A DNA stretch of 64,000 nucleotides from Eledone cirrhosa (lineage: Eukaryota): the NCBI GenBank assembly GCA_964016885.1, contig OZ024741.1, forward strand, positions 72,602,001 to 72,666,000, given 5' to 3'. Of this stretch, positions 10,250 to 23,900 are shown piece by piece (positions within the stretch are counted from its first letter, which is position 1; each line of letters opens with the position of its first letter). A program made the translations under genes and the position numbers. Under the pieces are notes generated by a model. That model worked only from the letters and a program-made list of their open reading frames with translations, was not told where the DNA came from and searched no databases.

Positions 10250-13200
10250 AGTTGTTGTTACTTTAGTTGTTGTTGTTACTTTAGTTGTTGTTGATAGTTT
10301 AGTTGTTGTTGATAGTTTATTTGTTATTGTTACTTTAGTTATTGTTGTTACTTTAGTTGTTGTTGTTACTTTAGTTGTTGTTACTTTAGTTGTTGTTGTT
10401 ACTTTAGTTGTTGTTGTTACTTTAGTTGTTGTTGTTACTTTAGTTGGTGTTGTTCCTTTAGTTGTTGTTGATAGTTTAGTTGTTGTTGATAGTTTAGTTG
10501 TTATTGTTACTTTAGTTGTTGTTGTTACTTTAGTTGTTGTTGTTACTTTAGTTGTTGTTGATACTTTAGTTGTCGTTGTTACTTTTTTTGTTGTTGTTAC
10601 TTTAGTTGTTTTTACTTTAGTTGTTGTTGTTACTTTAGTTGTTGTTGTTACTTTAGTTGTTACTTTAGTTGTTGTTGTTACTTTAGTTGTTGCTGATAGT
10701 TTATTTGTTGTTGTTACTTTAGTTGTTTTTACTTATGTTGTTGTTGATAGTTTAGCTGTTGCTGTCATTTAGTTGTTGTTGTTACTTAAGTTGTTGTTGT
10801 TACTTCAGTTGTTGTTGTTACTTTAGTTGTTGTTGATAGTTTAGTTGTTGTTACTTTAGTTGTTGTTGATAGTTTAGTTGCTGTTGTTACTTTAGTTTTT
10901 GTTACTTTAGTTGTTGTTACTTTAGTTGTTGTTACTTTAGTTGTTGTTGTTACTTTAGTTGTTGTTGATACTTTAGTTGTTGTTATTACTTTAGTTGTTG
11001 TTGTTAGTTTAGTTGTTGTTGATAGATTAGTTGTTGTTGATAGTTTAGTTGTTGTTGTTACTTTAGTTGTTGTTGTTATTTTAGTTGTTGTTGATAGTTT
11101 AGATGTTGTTGTTACTTTAGTTGTTGTTACTTTAGTTGTTGTTGTTACTTTAGTTGTTGTTACATTAGTTGTTGTTGATAGTTTAGTTGTTGTTGTTACT
11201 TTAGTTGTTGTTACTTTAGTTGTTGTTGATACTTTAGTTGTTGTTGATAGTTTAGTTGTTGTTGTTACTTTAGTTGTTGTTGTTACGTTAGTTGTTGTTG
11301 ATAGTTTAGTTGTTGTTGTTATTTAGTTGTTGTTGCTATTTAGTTTTTGTTGTTACTTTAGTTATTGTTGATAGTTTAGTTGTTGTTGTCATTTAGTTGT
11401 TGTTACTTTAGTTGTTGTTGTTACTTTAGTTGTTGTTGATAGTTTAGTTGTTGTTGTTGTTTAGTTGTTGTTACTTTAGTTGTTGTTGTTACTTTAGTTG
11501 TTGTTGATAGTTTAGTTGTTGTTGTTGTTTAGTTGTTGTTACTTTAGTTGTTGTTGATAGTTTAGTTGTTGTTGATAGTTTAGTTCTTGTTGTTACTTTA
11601 GTTGTTGTTGTTACTTTAGTTGTTGTTACTTTAGTTATTGTTGATAGTTTAGTTGTTGTTACTTTAGTTGTTGTTGTTACTTTAGTTGTTGTTGATAGTT
11701 TAGTTGTTGTTGATAGTTTATTTGTTATTGTTACTTTAGTTATTGTTGTTACTTTAGTTGTTGTTGTTACTTTAGTTGTTGTTACTTTAGTTGTTGTTAC
11801 TTTAGTTGTTGTTGTTACTTTAGTTGTTGTTGTTACTTTAGTTGTTGTTGTTACTTTAGTTGGTGTTGTTCATTTAGTTGTTGTTGATAGTTTAGTTGTT
11901 GTTGATAGTTTAGTTGTTATTGTTACTTTAGTTGTTGTTGTTACTTTAGTTGTTGTTGTTACTTTAGTTGTTGTTGATACTTTAGTTGTTGTTGTTACTT
12001 TTTTTGTTGTCGTTACTTTAGTTGTTTTTACTTTAGTTGTTGTTGTTACTTTAGTTGTTGTTGTTACTTTAGTTGTTGTTACTTTAGTTGTTGTTGTTAC
12101 TTTAGTTGTTGCTGATAGTTTATTTGTTGATGTTACTTTAGTTGTTTTTACTTATGTTGTTGTTGATAGTTTAGCTGTTGCTGTCATTTAGTTGTTGTTG
12201 TTACTTAAGTTGTTGTTGTTACTTCAGTTGTTGTTGTTACTTTAGTTGTTGTTGTTGTTAGTTTAGTTGTTGTTGCTTTAGTTGTTGTTGATAGTTTAGT
12301 TGCTGTTGTTACTTTAGTTTTTGTTACTTTAGTTGTTGTTACTTTAGTTGTTGTTACTTTAGTTGTTGTTGTTACTTTAGTTGTTGTTGATACTTTAGTT
12401 GTTGTTATTACTTTAGTTGTTGTTGTTAGTTTAGTTGTTGTTGATAGATTAGTTGTTGTTGATAGTTTAGTTGTTGTTGTTACTTTAGTTGTTGTTGTTG
12501 TTATTTTAGTTGTTGTTGATAGTTTAGATGTTGTTGTTACTTTAGTTGTTGTTACTTTAGTTGTTGTTGTTACTTTAGTTGTTGTTACTTTAGTTGTTGT
12601 TGATAGTTTAGTTGTTGTTGTTACTTTAGTTGTTGTTACTTTAGTTGTTGTTGATACTTTAGTTGTTGTTGATAGCTTAGTTGTTGTTGTTACTTTAGTT
12701 GTTCTTGTTACTTTAGTTGTTGTTGATAGTTTAGTTGTTGTTGTTACTTTAGTTGTTGTTGATAGTTTAGTTGTTGTTGTTACTTTTTGTTGCTGTTACT
12801 TTAGTTGTTGTTACTTTACTTGTTGTTACCATAGTTGTTGTTGTTACTTTAGTTGTTGTTGTTACAATAGTTGTTGTTGATAGTTTAGTGGTTGTTGTTA
12901 CTTTAGTTGTTGTTGATAGTTTAGTTGTTGTTGTTACTTTAGTTGTTGTTGTTACTTTAGTTGTTGTTGTTACTTTAGTTGTTGTTGTTACTTTAATTGT
13001 TGTTGATAGTTTAGTTGTTGTTGTTACTTTAGTTGTTTTTGTTACTTTAGTTGTTGTTGATAGTTAAGTTGTTGTTGTTACTTTAGTTGTTGTTACTTTA
13101 ATTGTTGTTGATAGTTTAGTTGTTGTCACTTTAGTTGTTGTTGTTACTTTAGTTGTTGTTGTTACTTTAATTGTTGTTGCTACTTTAGTTGTTGTTGTTA

Positions 13201-14700
13201 CTTTAATTGTTGTTGATAGTTTAGTTGTTGTTACTTTAGTTGTTGTTGTTACTTTAGTTGTTGTTGTTACTTTAATTGTTTTTGATAGTTTAGTTGTTGT
13301 TACTTTAGTTGTTGTTGTTACTTTAGTTGTTGTTGATAGTTTAGTTGTTGTTGATAGTTTATTTGTTATTGTTACTTTAGTTGTTGTTGTTACTTTAGTT
13401 GTTGTTGTTACTTTAGTTGTTGTTACTTTAGTTGTTGTTGTTACTTTAGTTGTTGTTGTTACTTTAGTTGTTGTTGTTACTTTAGTTGGTGTTGTTACTT
13501 TAGTTGTTGTTGATAGTTTAGTTGTTGTTGATAGTTTAGTTGTTATTGTTACTTTGGTTGTTGTTGTTACTTTAGTTGTTGTTGTTACTTTAGTTGTTGT
13601 TACTTTAGGTGTTGTTGTTACTTTAGTTGTTGCTGATAGTTTATTTGTTGTTGTTACTTTAGTTGTTTTTACTTATTTTGTTGTTGATAGTTTAGCTGTT
13701 GCTGTCAGTTAGTTGTTGTTGTTACTTAAGTTGTTGTTGTTACTTTAGTTGTTGTTGTTACTTTAGTTGTTGTTGATAATTTAGTTGTTGTTGCTTTAGT
13801 TATTGTTGATAGTTTAGTTATTGTTGTTACTTTAGTTTTTGTTACTTTAGTTGTTGTTACTTTAGTTGTTGTTACTTTAGTTGCTGTTGTTACTTTAGTT
13901 GTTGTTGATACTTTAGTTGTTGTTATTACTTTATTTGTTGTTGTTAGTTTAGTTGTTGTTGATAGATTAGTTATTGTTGATAGTTTAGTTGTTGTTTTTA
14001 CTTTAGTTGTTGTTGTTACTTTAGTTGTTGTTGATAGTTTAGTTGTTGTTGTTACTTTAGTTGTTGTTACTTTAGTTGTTGTTGTTACTTTAGTTGTTGC
14101 TACTTTAGTTGTTGTTGATAGTTTAGTTGTTGTTGTTACTTTAGTTGTTGTTACTTTAGTTGTTGTTGATAGTTTAGTTGTTGTTGTTACTTTAGTTGTT
14201 GTTGTTACTTTAGTTGTTCTTGTTACTTTAGTTGTTGTTGATAGTTTAGTTGTTGTAGTTATTTTAGTTGTTGTTGATAGTTTAGTTGTTGTTGTTACTT
14301 TTTGTTGTTGTTACTTTAGTTGTTGTTACTTTACTTGTTGTTACTATAGTTGTTGTTGTTACTTTAGTTGTTGTTGTTACATTAGTTGTTGTTGATAGTT
14401 TAGTTGTTGTTGTTACTTTAGTTGTTGTTACTTTAGTTGTTGTTGATAGTTTAGTTGTTGTTGTTACTTTAGTTGTTGTTGTTACTTTAGTTGTTGTTGT
14501 TACTTTAGTTGTTGTTGTTACTTTAATTGTTGTTGATAATTTAGTTGTTGTTGTTACTTTAGTTGTTGTTGTTACTTTAGTTGTTGTTGATAGTTAAGTT
14601 GTTGTTGTTACTTTAGTTGTTGTTACTTTAATTGTTGTTGAAAGTTTAGTTGTTGTCACTTTAGTTGTTGTTGTTACTTTAATTGTTGTTGCTACTTTAG
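10250..14700. repeat. About three diverged copies of a 1.4-1.5 kb higher-order repeat
   Basis: GATAGATTAG at 11021, 12443 and 13961; ACTTAT landmark at 10731, 12150 and 13671; near-identical track ORFs at 12771 and 14286 (offset 1515). Confidence 0.8.
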
Positions 14701-17700
14701 TTGTTGTTGTTACTTTAGTTGTTGTTGTGACCTTAGTTGGTGTTGTTACTCTAGTTGTTGTTGTTACTTTAGTTGTTGTCACTTTAGTTGTTGTTGATAG
14801 TTTAGTTGTTGTTGTTATTTAGTTGTTGTTGTTACTTTAATTGTTGTTGATAGTTTAGTTGCTGTTGTTACTTTAGTTGTGGTTGTTACTTTAGTTGTTG
14901 TTGATAGTTTAGTTGTTGTTGTTAATTTAGTTGTTGTTGTTACTTTAATTGTTGTTGATAGTTTAGTTGTTACTTTAGTTGTTGTTGTTACTTTAGTTGT
15001 TGTTGATAGTTTAGTTGTTGTTGTTACTTTAGTTGTTGTTGTTACTTTAGTTGGTGTTGTTACTTTAGTTGTTGTTGATAGTTTAGTTGTTGATGATAGT
15101 TTAGTTGTTATTGTTACTTTAGTTGTTGTTGTTACTTTAGTTGTTGTTGTAGCTTTAGTTGTTTTTGTTACTTTAGTTGTTGTTACTTTAGTTGTTGTTG
15201 TTACTTTAGTTGTTGTTGTTACTTTAGTTGTTGTTGTTACTTTAGTTGTTGTTGATAGTTTAGTTGTTGTTGTTACTTTAGTTGTTGTTGATAGTTTAGT
15301 TGTTGTTGTTTCTTTTTTTGTTGTTGTTACTTTATTTGTTGTTACTTTAGTTGTTGTTGTTACTTTAGTTGTTGTTACTTTAGTTGTTGTTGTTACATTA
15401 GTTGTTGCTGATAGTTTAGTTGTTGTTAATTTAGTTGTTGCTGATAGTTTAGTTGTTGTTGTTACTTTAGTTGTTTTTACTTATGTTGTTGTTGATAGTT
15501 TAGCTGTTGTTGTCATTTAGTTGTTGTTGTTACTTAAGTTGTTGATGTTACTTTTGTTGTTGTTACTTTAATTGTTGTTGATTCTTTAGTTGTTGTTGTT
15601 ACTTTAGTTGTTGTTGATAGTTTAGTTGTTGTTGATAGTTCAGTTGTTGTTGTTACTTTAGTTGTTGTTACTTTAGTTGGTGTTGTTACTTTAGTTGTTG
15701 TTGTTACTTTAGTTGTTGTTGTTACTTTAGTTGTTGATAGTTTAGTTGTTGTTGTTAGTTTAGTTGTTGTTGTTACTTTAGTTGTTGTTACTTTAGTTGG
15801 TGTTGTTACTTTAGTTATTGTTGATAGTTTAGTTGTTGTTACTTTAGTTGTTGATAGTTTAGTTGTTGTTGTTACTTTAGTTGTTATTGATAGTTTAGTT
15901 GTTGTTGTTATTTAGTTGTTGTTGTTACTTTAGTTGTTGTTGATAGTTTAGTTGTTGTTGTTACTTTAGTTGTTGTTGTTACTTTAGTTGTTGTTGTTAC
16001 TTTAATTGTTGTTGATAGTTTAGTTGTTGTTGTTACTTTAGTTGTTGTTGTTACGTTAGTTGTTGTTGATAGTTTAGTTGTTGTTGTTATTTAGTTGTTG
16101 TTGCTATTTAGTTTTTGATGTTACTTTAGTTATTGTTGATAGTTTAGTTGTTGTTGACATTTAATTGTTGTTGTTACTTTAGTTGTTGTTGTTACTTTAG
16201 TTGTTATTGATAGTTTAGTTGTTGCTGTTATTTAGTTGTTGTTGTTACTTTAGATGTTGTTGATAGTTTAGTTGTTGTTGTTACTTTAGTTGTTGTTGTT
16301 ACTTTAGTTGTTGTTGATAGTTTAGTTGTTGTTGTTACTTTAGTTGTTGTTGTTACTTTAGTTGTTGTTGTTACTTTAACTGTTGTTGATAGTTTAGTTG
16401 TTGTTGTTACTTTAGTTGTTGTTGTTACGTTAGTTGTTGTTGATAGTTTAGTTGTTGTTGTTATTCAGTTGTTGTTGCTATTTAGTTTTTGTTGTTACTT
16501 TAGTTATTGTTGATAGTTTAGTTGTTGTTGTCATTTAGTTGTTGTTGTTACTTTAGTTGTTGTTGTTACTTTAGTAGTTGTTGATAGTTTAGTTGTTGTT
16601 GTTGTTTAGTTGTTGTTACTTTAGTTGTTGTTGGTACTTTAGTTGTTATTGATAGTTTAGTTGTTGTTGTTATTTAGTTGTTGTTACTTTAGTTGTTGTT
16701 GATAGTTTAGTTGTTGTTGTTACTTTAGTTGTTGTTGTTACTTTAGTTGTTGTTGTTACTTTAATTGTTGTTGATAGTTTAGTTGTTGTTACTTTAGTTG
16801 TTGTTGTTACTTTAGTTGTTGTTGATTGTTTAGTTGTTGTTGTTATTTAGTTGTTGTTGCTATTTAGTTTTTGTTGTTACTTTAGTTATTGTTGATAGTT
16901 TAGTTGTTGTTGACATTTAATTGTTGTTGTTACTTTAGTTGTTGTTGTTACTTTAGTTGTTATTGATAGTTTAGTTGTTGTTGTTATTTAGTTGTTGTTG
17001 TTACTTTAGTTGTTGTTGATAGTTTAGTTGTTGTTGTTACTTTAGTTGTTGTTGTTACTTTAGTTGTTGTTACTTTCAATGTTGTTGATAGTTTAGTTGT
17101 TGTTGTTACTTTAGTTGTTGTTGTTACTTTAGTTGTTGTTGTTACTTTAGTTGTTGTTGTTACTTTAGTTGTTGTTACTTTAGTTGTTGTTGTTACTTTA
17201 GTTGTTGTTGTTACTTTAGTTGGTGTTGTTCCTTTAGTTGTTGTTGATAGTTTAGTTGTTGTTGATAGTTTAGTTGTTATTGTTACTTTAGTTGTTGTTG
17301 TTACTTTAGTTGTTGTTGTTACTTTAGTTGTTGTTGTTACTTTAGTTGTTGTTGTTACTTTAGTTGTTGATGATAGTTTAGTTGTTGTTCTTACTTTAGT
17401 TGTTGTTGATACTTTAGTTGTTGTTGTTACTTTTTATGTTGTTGTTACTTTAGTTGTTGTTACTTTAGTTGTTGTTGTTACTTTAGTTGTTGTTGTTACT
17501 TTAGTTGTTGTTACTTTAGTTGTTGTTGTTACTTTAGTTGTTTTTACTTATGTTGTTGTTGATAGTTTAGCTGTTGCTGTCATTTAGTTGTTGTTGTTAC
17601 TTAAGTTGTTGTTGTTACTTCAGTTGTTGTTGTTACTTTAGTTGTTGTTGATAGTTTAGTTGTTGTTGCTTTAGTTGTTGTTGATAGTTTAGTTGTTGTT

Positions 17701-17949
17701 GTTACTTTAGTTTTTGTTACTTTAGTTGTTGTTACTTTAGTTGATGTTACTCTAGTTGTTGTTGATAGTTTAGTTGTTGTTGTTACTTTAGTTGTTGTTG
17801 ATACTTTAGTTGTTGTTATTACTTTAGTTGTTGTTGTTAGTTTAGTTGTTGTTGATGGATTAGTTGTTGTTGATAGTTTAGTTGTTGTTGTTACTTTAGT
17901 TGTTGTTACTTTAGTTGTTGTTGTTACTTTAGTTGTTGTTACTTTAGTT

Positions 17950-20900
17950 GTTGTTGATAGTTTAGTTGTTGTTGTTACTTTAGTTGTTGTTGATAGTTTA
18001 GTTGTTGTTGTTACTTTAGTTGTTGTTGTTACTTTAGTTGTTCTTGTTACTTTAGTTGTTGTTGATAGTTTAGTTGTTGTTACTTCAGTTGTTATTGATA
18101 GTTTAGTTGTTGTTGTTACTTTTTGTTGTTGTTACTTTAGTTGTTGTTACTTTACTTGTTGTTACTATAGTTGTTGTTGTTACTTTAGTTGTTGTTGTTA
18201 CATTAGTTGTTGTTGATAGTTTAGTTGTTGTTGTTACTTTAGTTGTTGTTACTTTAGTTGTTGTTGATAGTTTAGTTGTTGTTGTTACTTTAGTTGTTGT
18301 TGTTACTTTAGTTGTTGTTGTTACTTTAGTTGTTGTTGTTACTTTAATTGTTGTTGATAGTTTAGTTGTTATTGTTACTTTAGTTGTTGTTGTTACTTTA
18401 GTTGTTGTTGATAGTTAAGTTGTTGTTGTTACTTTAGTTGTTGTTACTTTAATTGTTGTTGATAGTTTAGTTGTTGTCACTTTAGTTGTTGTTGTTACTT
18501 TAATTGTTGTTGCTACTTTAGTTGTTGTTGTTACTTTAATTGTTGTTGATAGTTTAGTTGGTGTTACTTTAGTTGTTGTTGTTACTTTAGTTGTTGTTGT
18601 TACTTTAATTGTTGTTGATAGTTTAGTTGTTGTTACTTTAGTTGTTGTTGTTACTTTAGTTGTTGTTGATAGTTTAGTTGTTGTTGATAGTTTATTTGTT
18701 ATTGTTACTTTAGTTGTTGTTGTTACTTTAGTTGTTGTTGTTACTTTAGTTGTTGTTACTTTAGTTGTTGTTGTTACTTTAGTTGTTGTTGTTACTTTAG
18801 TTGTTGTTGTTACTTTAGTTGGTGTTGTTACTTTAGTTGTTGTTGATAGTTTAGTTGTTGTTGATAGTTTAGTTGTTATTGTTACTTTGGTTGTTGTTGT
18901 TACTTTAGTTGTTGTTGTTAGTTTAGTTGTTGTTACTTTAGTTGTTGTTGTTACTTTAGTTGTTGCTGATAGTTTATTTGTTGTTGTTACTTTAGTTGTT
19001 TTTACTTATGTTGTTGTTGATAGTTTAGCTGTTGCTGTCATTTAGTTGTTGCTGTTACTTAAGTTGTTGTCGTTACTTTAGTTGTTGTTGTTACTTTAGT
19101 TGTTGTTGTTACTTTAATTGTTGTTGATAGTTTAGTTGTTGTTACTTTAGTTGTTGTTGTTACGTTAGTTGTTGTTGATTGTTTAGTTGTTGTTGTTATT
19201 TAGTTGTTGTTGCTATTTAGTTTTTGTTGTTACTTTAGTTATTGTTGATAGTTTAGTTGTTGTTGACATTTAATTGTTGTTGTTACTTTAGTTGTTGTTG
19301 TTACTTTAGTTGTTATTGATAGTTTAGTTGTTGTTGTTATTTAGTTGTTGTTGTTACTTTAGTTGTTGTTGATAGTTTAGTTGTTGTTGTTACTTTAGTT
19401 GTTGTTGTTACTTTAGTTGTTGTTGTTACTTTCAATGTTGTTGATAGTTTAGTTGTTGTTGTTACTTTAGTTGTTGTTGTTACTTTAGTTGTTGTTGTTA
19501 CTTTAGTTGTCGTTGTTACTTTAGTTGTTGTTACTTTAGTTGTTGTTGTTACTTTAGTTGTTGTTGTTACTTTAGTTGTTGTTGTTACTTTAGTTGGTGT
19601 TGTTCCTTTAGTTGTTGTTGATAGTTTAGTTGTTGTTGATAGTTTAGTTGTTATTGTTACTTTAGTTGTTGTTGTTACTTTAGTTGTTGTTGTTACTTTA
19701 GTTGTTGTTGTTACTTTAGTTGTTGTTGTTACTTTAGTTGTTGTTGATAGTTTAGTTGTTGTTGTTACTTTACTTGTTGTTGATACTTTAGTTGTTGTTA
19801 TTACTTTAGTTATTGTTGTTAGTTTAGTTGTTGTTGATGGATTAGTTGTTGTTGATAGTTTAGTTGTTGTTGTTACTTTAGTTGTTGTTACTTTAGTTGT
19901 TGTTGTTACTTTAGTTGTTGTTACTTTAGTTGTTGTTGATAGTTTAGTTGTTGTTGTTACTTTAGTTGTTGTTGATAGTTTAGTTGTTGTTGTTACTTTA
20001 GTTGTTGTTGTTACTTTAGTTGTTCTTGTTACTTTAGTTGTTGTTGATAGTTTAGTTGTTGTTGTTACTTCAGTTGTTATTGATAGTTTAGTTGTTGTTG
20101 TTACTTTTTGTTGTTGTTACTTTAGTTGTTGTTACTTTACTTGTTGTTACTATAGTTGTTGTTGTTTCTTTAGTTGTTGTTGTTACATTAGTTGTTGTTG
20201 ATAGTTTAGTTGTTGTTGTTACTTTAGTTGTTGTTACTTTAGTTGTTGTTGATAGTTTAGTTGTTGTTGTTACTTTAGTTGTTGTTGTTACTTTAGTTGT
20301 TGTTGTTACTTTAATTGTTGTTGATAGTTTAGTTGTTGTTGTTACTTTAGTTGTTGTTGTTACTTTAGTTGTTGTTGATAGTTAAGTTGTTGTTGTTACT
20401 TTAGTTGTTGTTACTTTAATTGTTGTTGATAGTTTAGTTGTTGTCACTTTAGTTGTTGTTGTTACTTTAATTGTTGTTGCTACTTTAGTTGTTGTTGTTA
20501 CTTTAATTGTTGTTGATAGTTTAGTTGGTGTTACTTTAGTTGTTGTTGTTACTTTAGTTGTTGTTGTTACTTTAATTGTTGTTGATAGTTTAGTTGTTGT
20601 TACTTTAGTTGTTGTTGTTACTTTAGTTGTTGTTGATAGTTTAGTTGTTGTTGATAGTTTAGATGTTGTTGTTACTTTAGTTGTTGTTACTTTAGTTGTT
20701 GTTGTTACTTTAGTTGTTGTTGTTACTTTAGTTGTTGTTGTTACTTTAGTTGGTGTTGTTACTTTAGTTGTTGTTGATAGTTTAGTTGTTGTTGATAGTT
20801 TAGTTGTTATTGTTACTTTGGTTGTTGTTGTTACTTTAGTTGTTGTTGTTACTTTAGTTGTTGTTACTTTAGTTGTTGTTGTTACTTTAGTTGTTGCTGA

Positions 20901-23900
20901 TAGTTTATTTGTTGTTGTTACTTTAGTTGTTTTTACTTATGTTGTTGTTGATAGTTTAGTTGTTGTTGTTACTTTAGTTGTTGTTGATAGTTTAGTTGTT
21001 GTTGTTTCTTTTTTTGTTGTTGTTACTTTATTTGTTGTTACTTTAGTTGTTGTTGTTACTTTAGTTGTTGTTACTTTAGTTGTTGTTGTTACTTTAGTTG
21101 TTGCTGATAGTTTAGTTGTTGTTACTTTAGTTGTTGTTGTTACTTTAGTTGTTTTTACTTATGTTGTTGTTGATAGTTTAGCTGTTGTTGTCATTTAGTT
21201 GTTGTTGTTACTTAAGTTGTTGATGTTACTTTTGTTGTTGTTACTTTAATTGTTGTTGATTCTTTAGTTGTTGTTGTTACTTTAGTTGTTGTTGATAGTT
21301 TAGTTGTTGTTGATAGTTCAGTTGTTGTTGTTACTTTAGTTATTTTTGTTACTTTAGTTGTTGTTGATAGTTTAGTTGTTGTTGTTACATTAGTTGTTGT
21401 TGTTACTTTAGTTGTTGTTGTTACTTTAGTTGTTGTTGATAGTTTAGTTGTTGTTGTTAGTTTAGTTGTTGTTGTTACTTTAGTTGTTGTTACTTTAGTT
21501 GGTGTTGTTACTTTAGTTATTGTTGATAGTTTAGTTGTTGTTACTTTAGTTGTTGATAGTTTAGTTGTTGTTGTTACGTTAGTTGTTATTGATAGTTTAG
21601 TTGTTGTTGTTATTTAGTTGTTGTTGTTACTTTAGTTGTTGTTGATAGTTTAGTTGTTGTTGTTACTTTAGTTGTTGTTGCTACTTTAGTTGTTGTTGTT
21701 ACTTTAATTGTTGTTGATAGTTTAGTTGTTGTTGTTACTTTAGTTGTTGTTGTTACGTTAGTTGTTGTTGATAGTTTAGTTGTTGTTGTTATTTAGTTGT
21801 TGTTGCTATTTAGTTTTTGTTGTTACTTTAGTTATTGTTGATAGTTTAGTTGTTGTTGACATTTAATTGTTGTTGTTACTTTAGTTGTTGTTGTTACTTT
21901 AGTTGTTATTGATAGTTTAGTTGTTGCTGTTATTTAGTTGTTGTTGTTACTTTAGATGTTGTTGATAGTTTAGTTGTTGTTGTTACTTTAGTTGTTGTTG
22001 TTACTTTAGTTGTTGTTGTTACTTTAACTGTTGTTGATAGTTTAGTTGTTGTTGTTACTTTAGTTGTTGTTGATAGTTTAGTTGTTGTTGTTACTTTAGT
22101 TGTTGTTGTTACTTTAGTTGTTCTTGTTACTTTAGTTGTTGTTGATAGTTTAGTTGTTGTTACTTCAGTTGTTATTGATAGTTTAGTTGTTGTTGTTACT
22201 TTTTGTTGTTGTTACTTTAGTTGTTGTTACTTTACTTGTTGTTACTATAGTTGTTGTTGTTACTTTAGTTGTTGTTGTTACATTAGTTGTTGTTGATAGT
22301 TTAGTTGTTGTTGTTACTTTAGTTGTTGTTACTTTAGTTGTTGTTGATAGTTTAGTTGTTGTTGTTACTTTAGTTGTTGTTGTTACTTTAGTTGTTGTTG
22401 TTACTTTAGTTGTTGTTGTTACTTTAATTGTTGTTGATAGTTTAGTTGTTATTGTTACTTTAGTTGTTGTTGTTACTTTAGTTGTTGTTGATAGTTAAGT
22501 TGTTGTTGTTACTTTAGTTGTTGTTACTTTAATTGTTGTTGATAGTTTAGTTGTTGTCACTTTAGTTGTTGTTGTTACTTTAATTGTTGTTGCTACTTTA
22601 GTTGTTGTTGTTACTTTAATTGTTGTTGATAGTTTAGTTGGTGTTACTTTAGTTGTTGTTGTTACTTTAGTTGTTGTTGTTACTTTAATTGTTGTTGATA
22701 GTTTAGTTGTTGTTACTTTAGTTGTTGTTGTTACTTTAGTTGTTGTTGATAGTTTAGTTGTTGTTGATAGTTTATTTGTTATTGTTACTTTAGTTGTTGT
22801 TGTTACTTTAGTTGTTGTTGTTACTTTAGTTGTTGTTACTTTAGTTGTTGTTGTTACTTTAGTTGTTGTTGTTACTTTAGTTGTTGTTGTTACTTTAGTT
22901 GGTGTTGTTACTTTAGTTGTTGTTGATAGTTTAGTTGTTGTTAATAGTTTAGTTGTTATTGTTACTTTGGTTGTTGTTGTTACTTTAGGTGTTGTTGTTA
23001 GTTTAGTTGTTGTTACTTTAGTTGTTGTTGTTACTTTAGTTGTTGCTGATAGTTTATTTGTTGTTGTTACTTTAGTTGTTTTTACTTATGTTGTTGTTGA
23101 TAGTTTAGCTGTTGCTGTCATTTAGTTGTTGCTGTTACTTAAGTTGTTGTCGTTACTTTAGTTGTTGTTGTTACTTTAGTTGTTGTTGTTACTTTAATTG
23201 TTGTTGATAGTTTAGTTGTTGTTACTTTAGTTGTTGTTGTTACGTTAGTTGTTGTTGATTGTTTAGTTGTTGTTGTTATTTAGTTGTTGTTGCTATTTAG
23301 TTTTTGTTGTTACTTTAGTTATTGTTGATAGTTTAGTTGTTGTTGACATTTAATTGTTGTTGTTACTTTAGTTGTTGTTGTTACTTTAGTTGTTATTGAT
23401 AGTTTAGTTGTTGTTGTTATTTAGTTGTTGTTGTTACTTTAGTTGTTGTTGATAGTTTAGTTGTTGTTGTTACTTTAGTTGTTGTTGTTACTTTAGTTGT
23501 TGTTGTTACTTTCAATGTTGTTGATAGTTTAGTTGTTGTTGTTACTTTAGTTGTTGTTGTTACTTTAGTTGTTGTTGTTACTTTAGTTGTCGTTGTTACT
23601 TTAGTTGTTGTTACTTTAGTTGTTGTTGTTACTTTAGTTGTTGTTGTTACTTTAGTTGTTGTTGTTACTTTAGTTGGTGTTGTTCCTTTAGTTGTTGTTG
23701 ATAGTTTAGTTGTTGTTGATAGTTTAGTTGTTATTGTTACTTTAGTTGTTGTTGTTACTTTAGTTGTTGTTGTTACTTTAGTTGTTGTTGTTACTTTAGT
23801 TGTTGTTGTTACTTTAGTTGTTGTTGATAGTTTAGTTGTTGTTGTTACTTTAGTTGTTGTTGATACTTTAGTTGTTGTTATTACTTTAGTTATTGTTGTT

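Noticed and set aside
16085-16170. Three consecutive -1 monomers that restore the frame (net -3), suggesting compensatory frameshifts
   Set aside because: The first lesion on either strand leads quickly to a stop, and a fourth -1 monomer follows about 70 bp later, so the frame is not preserved.
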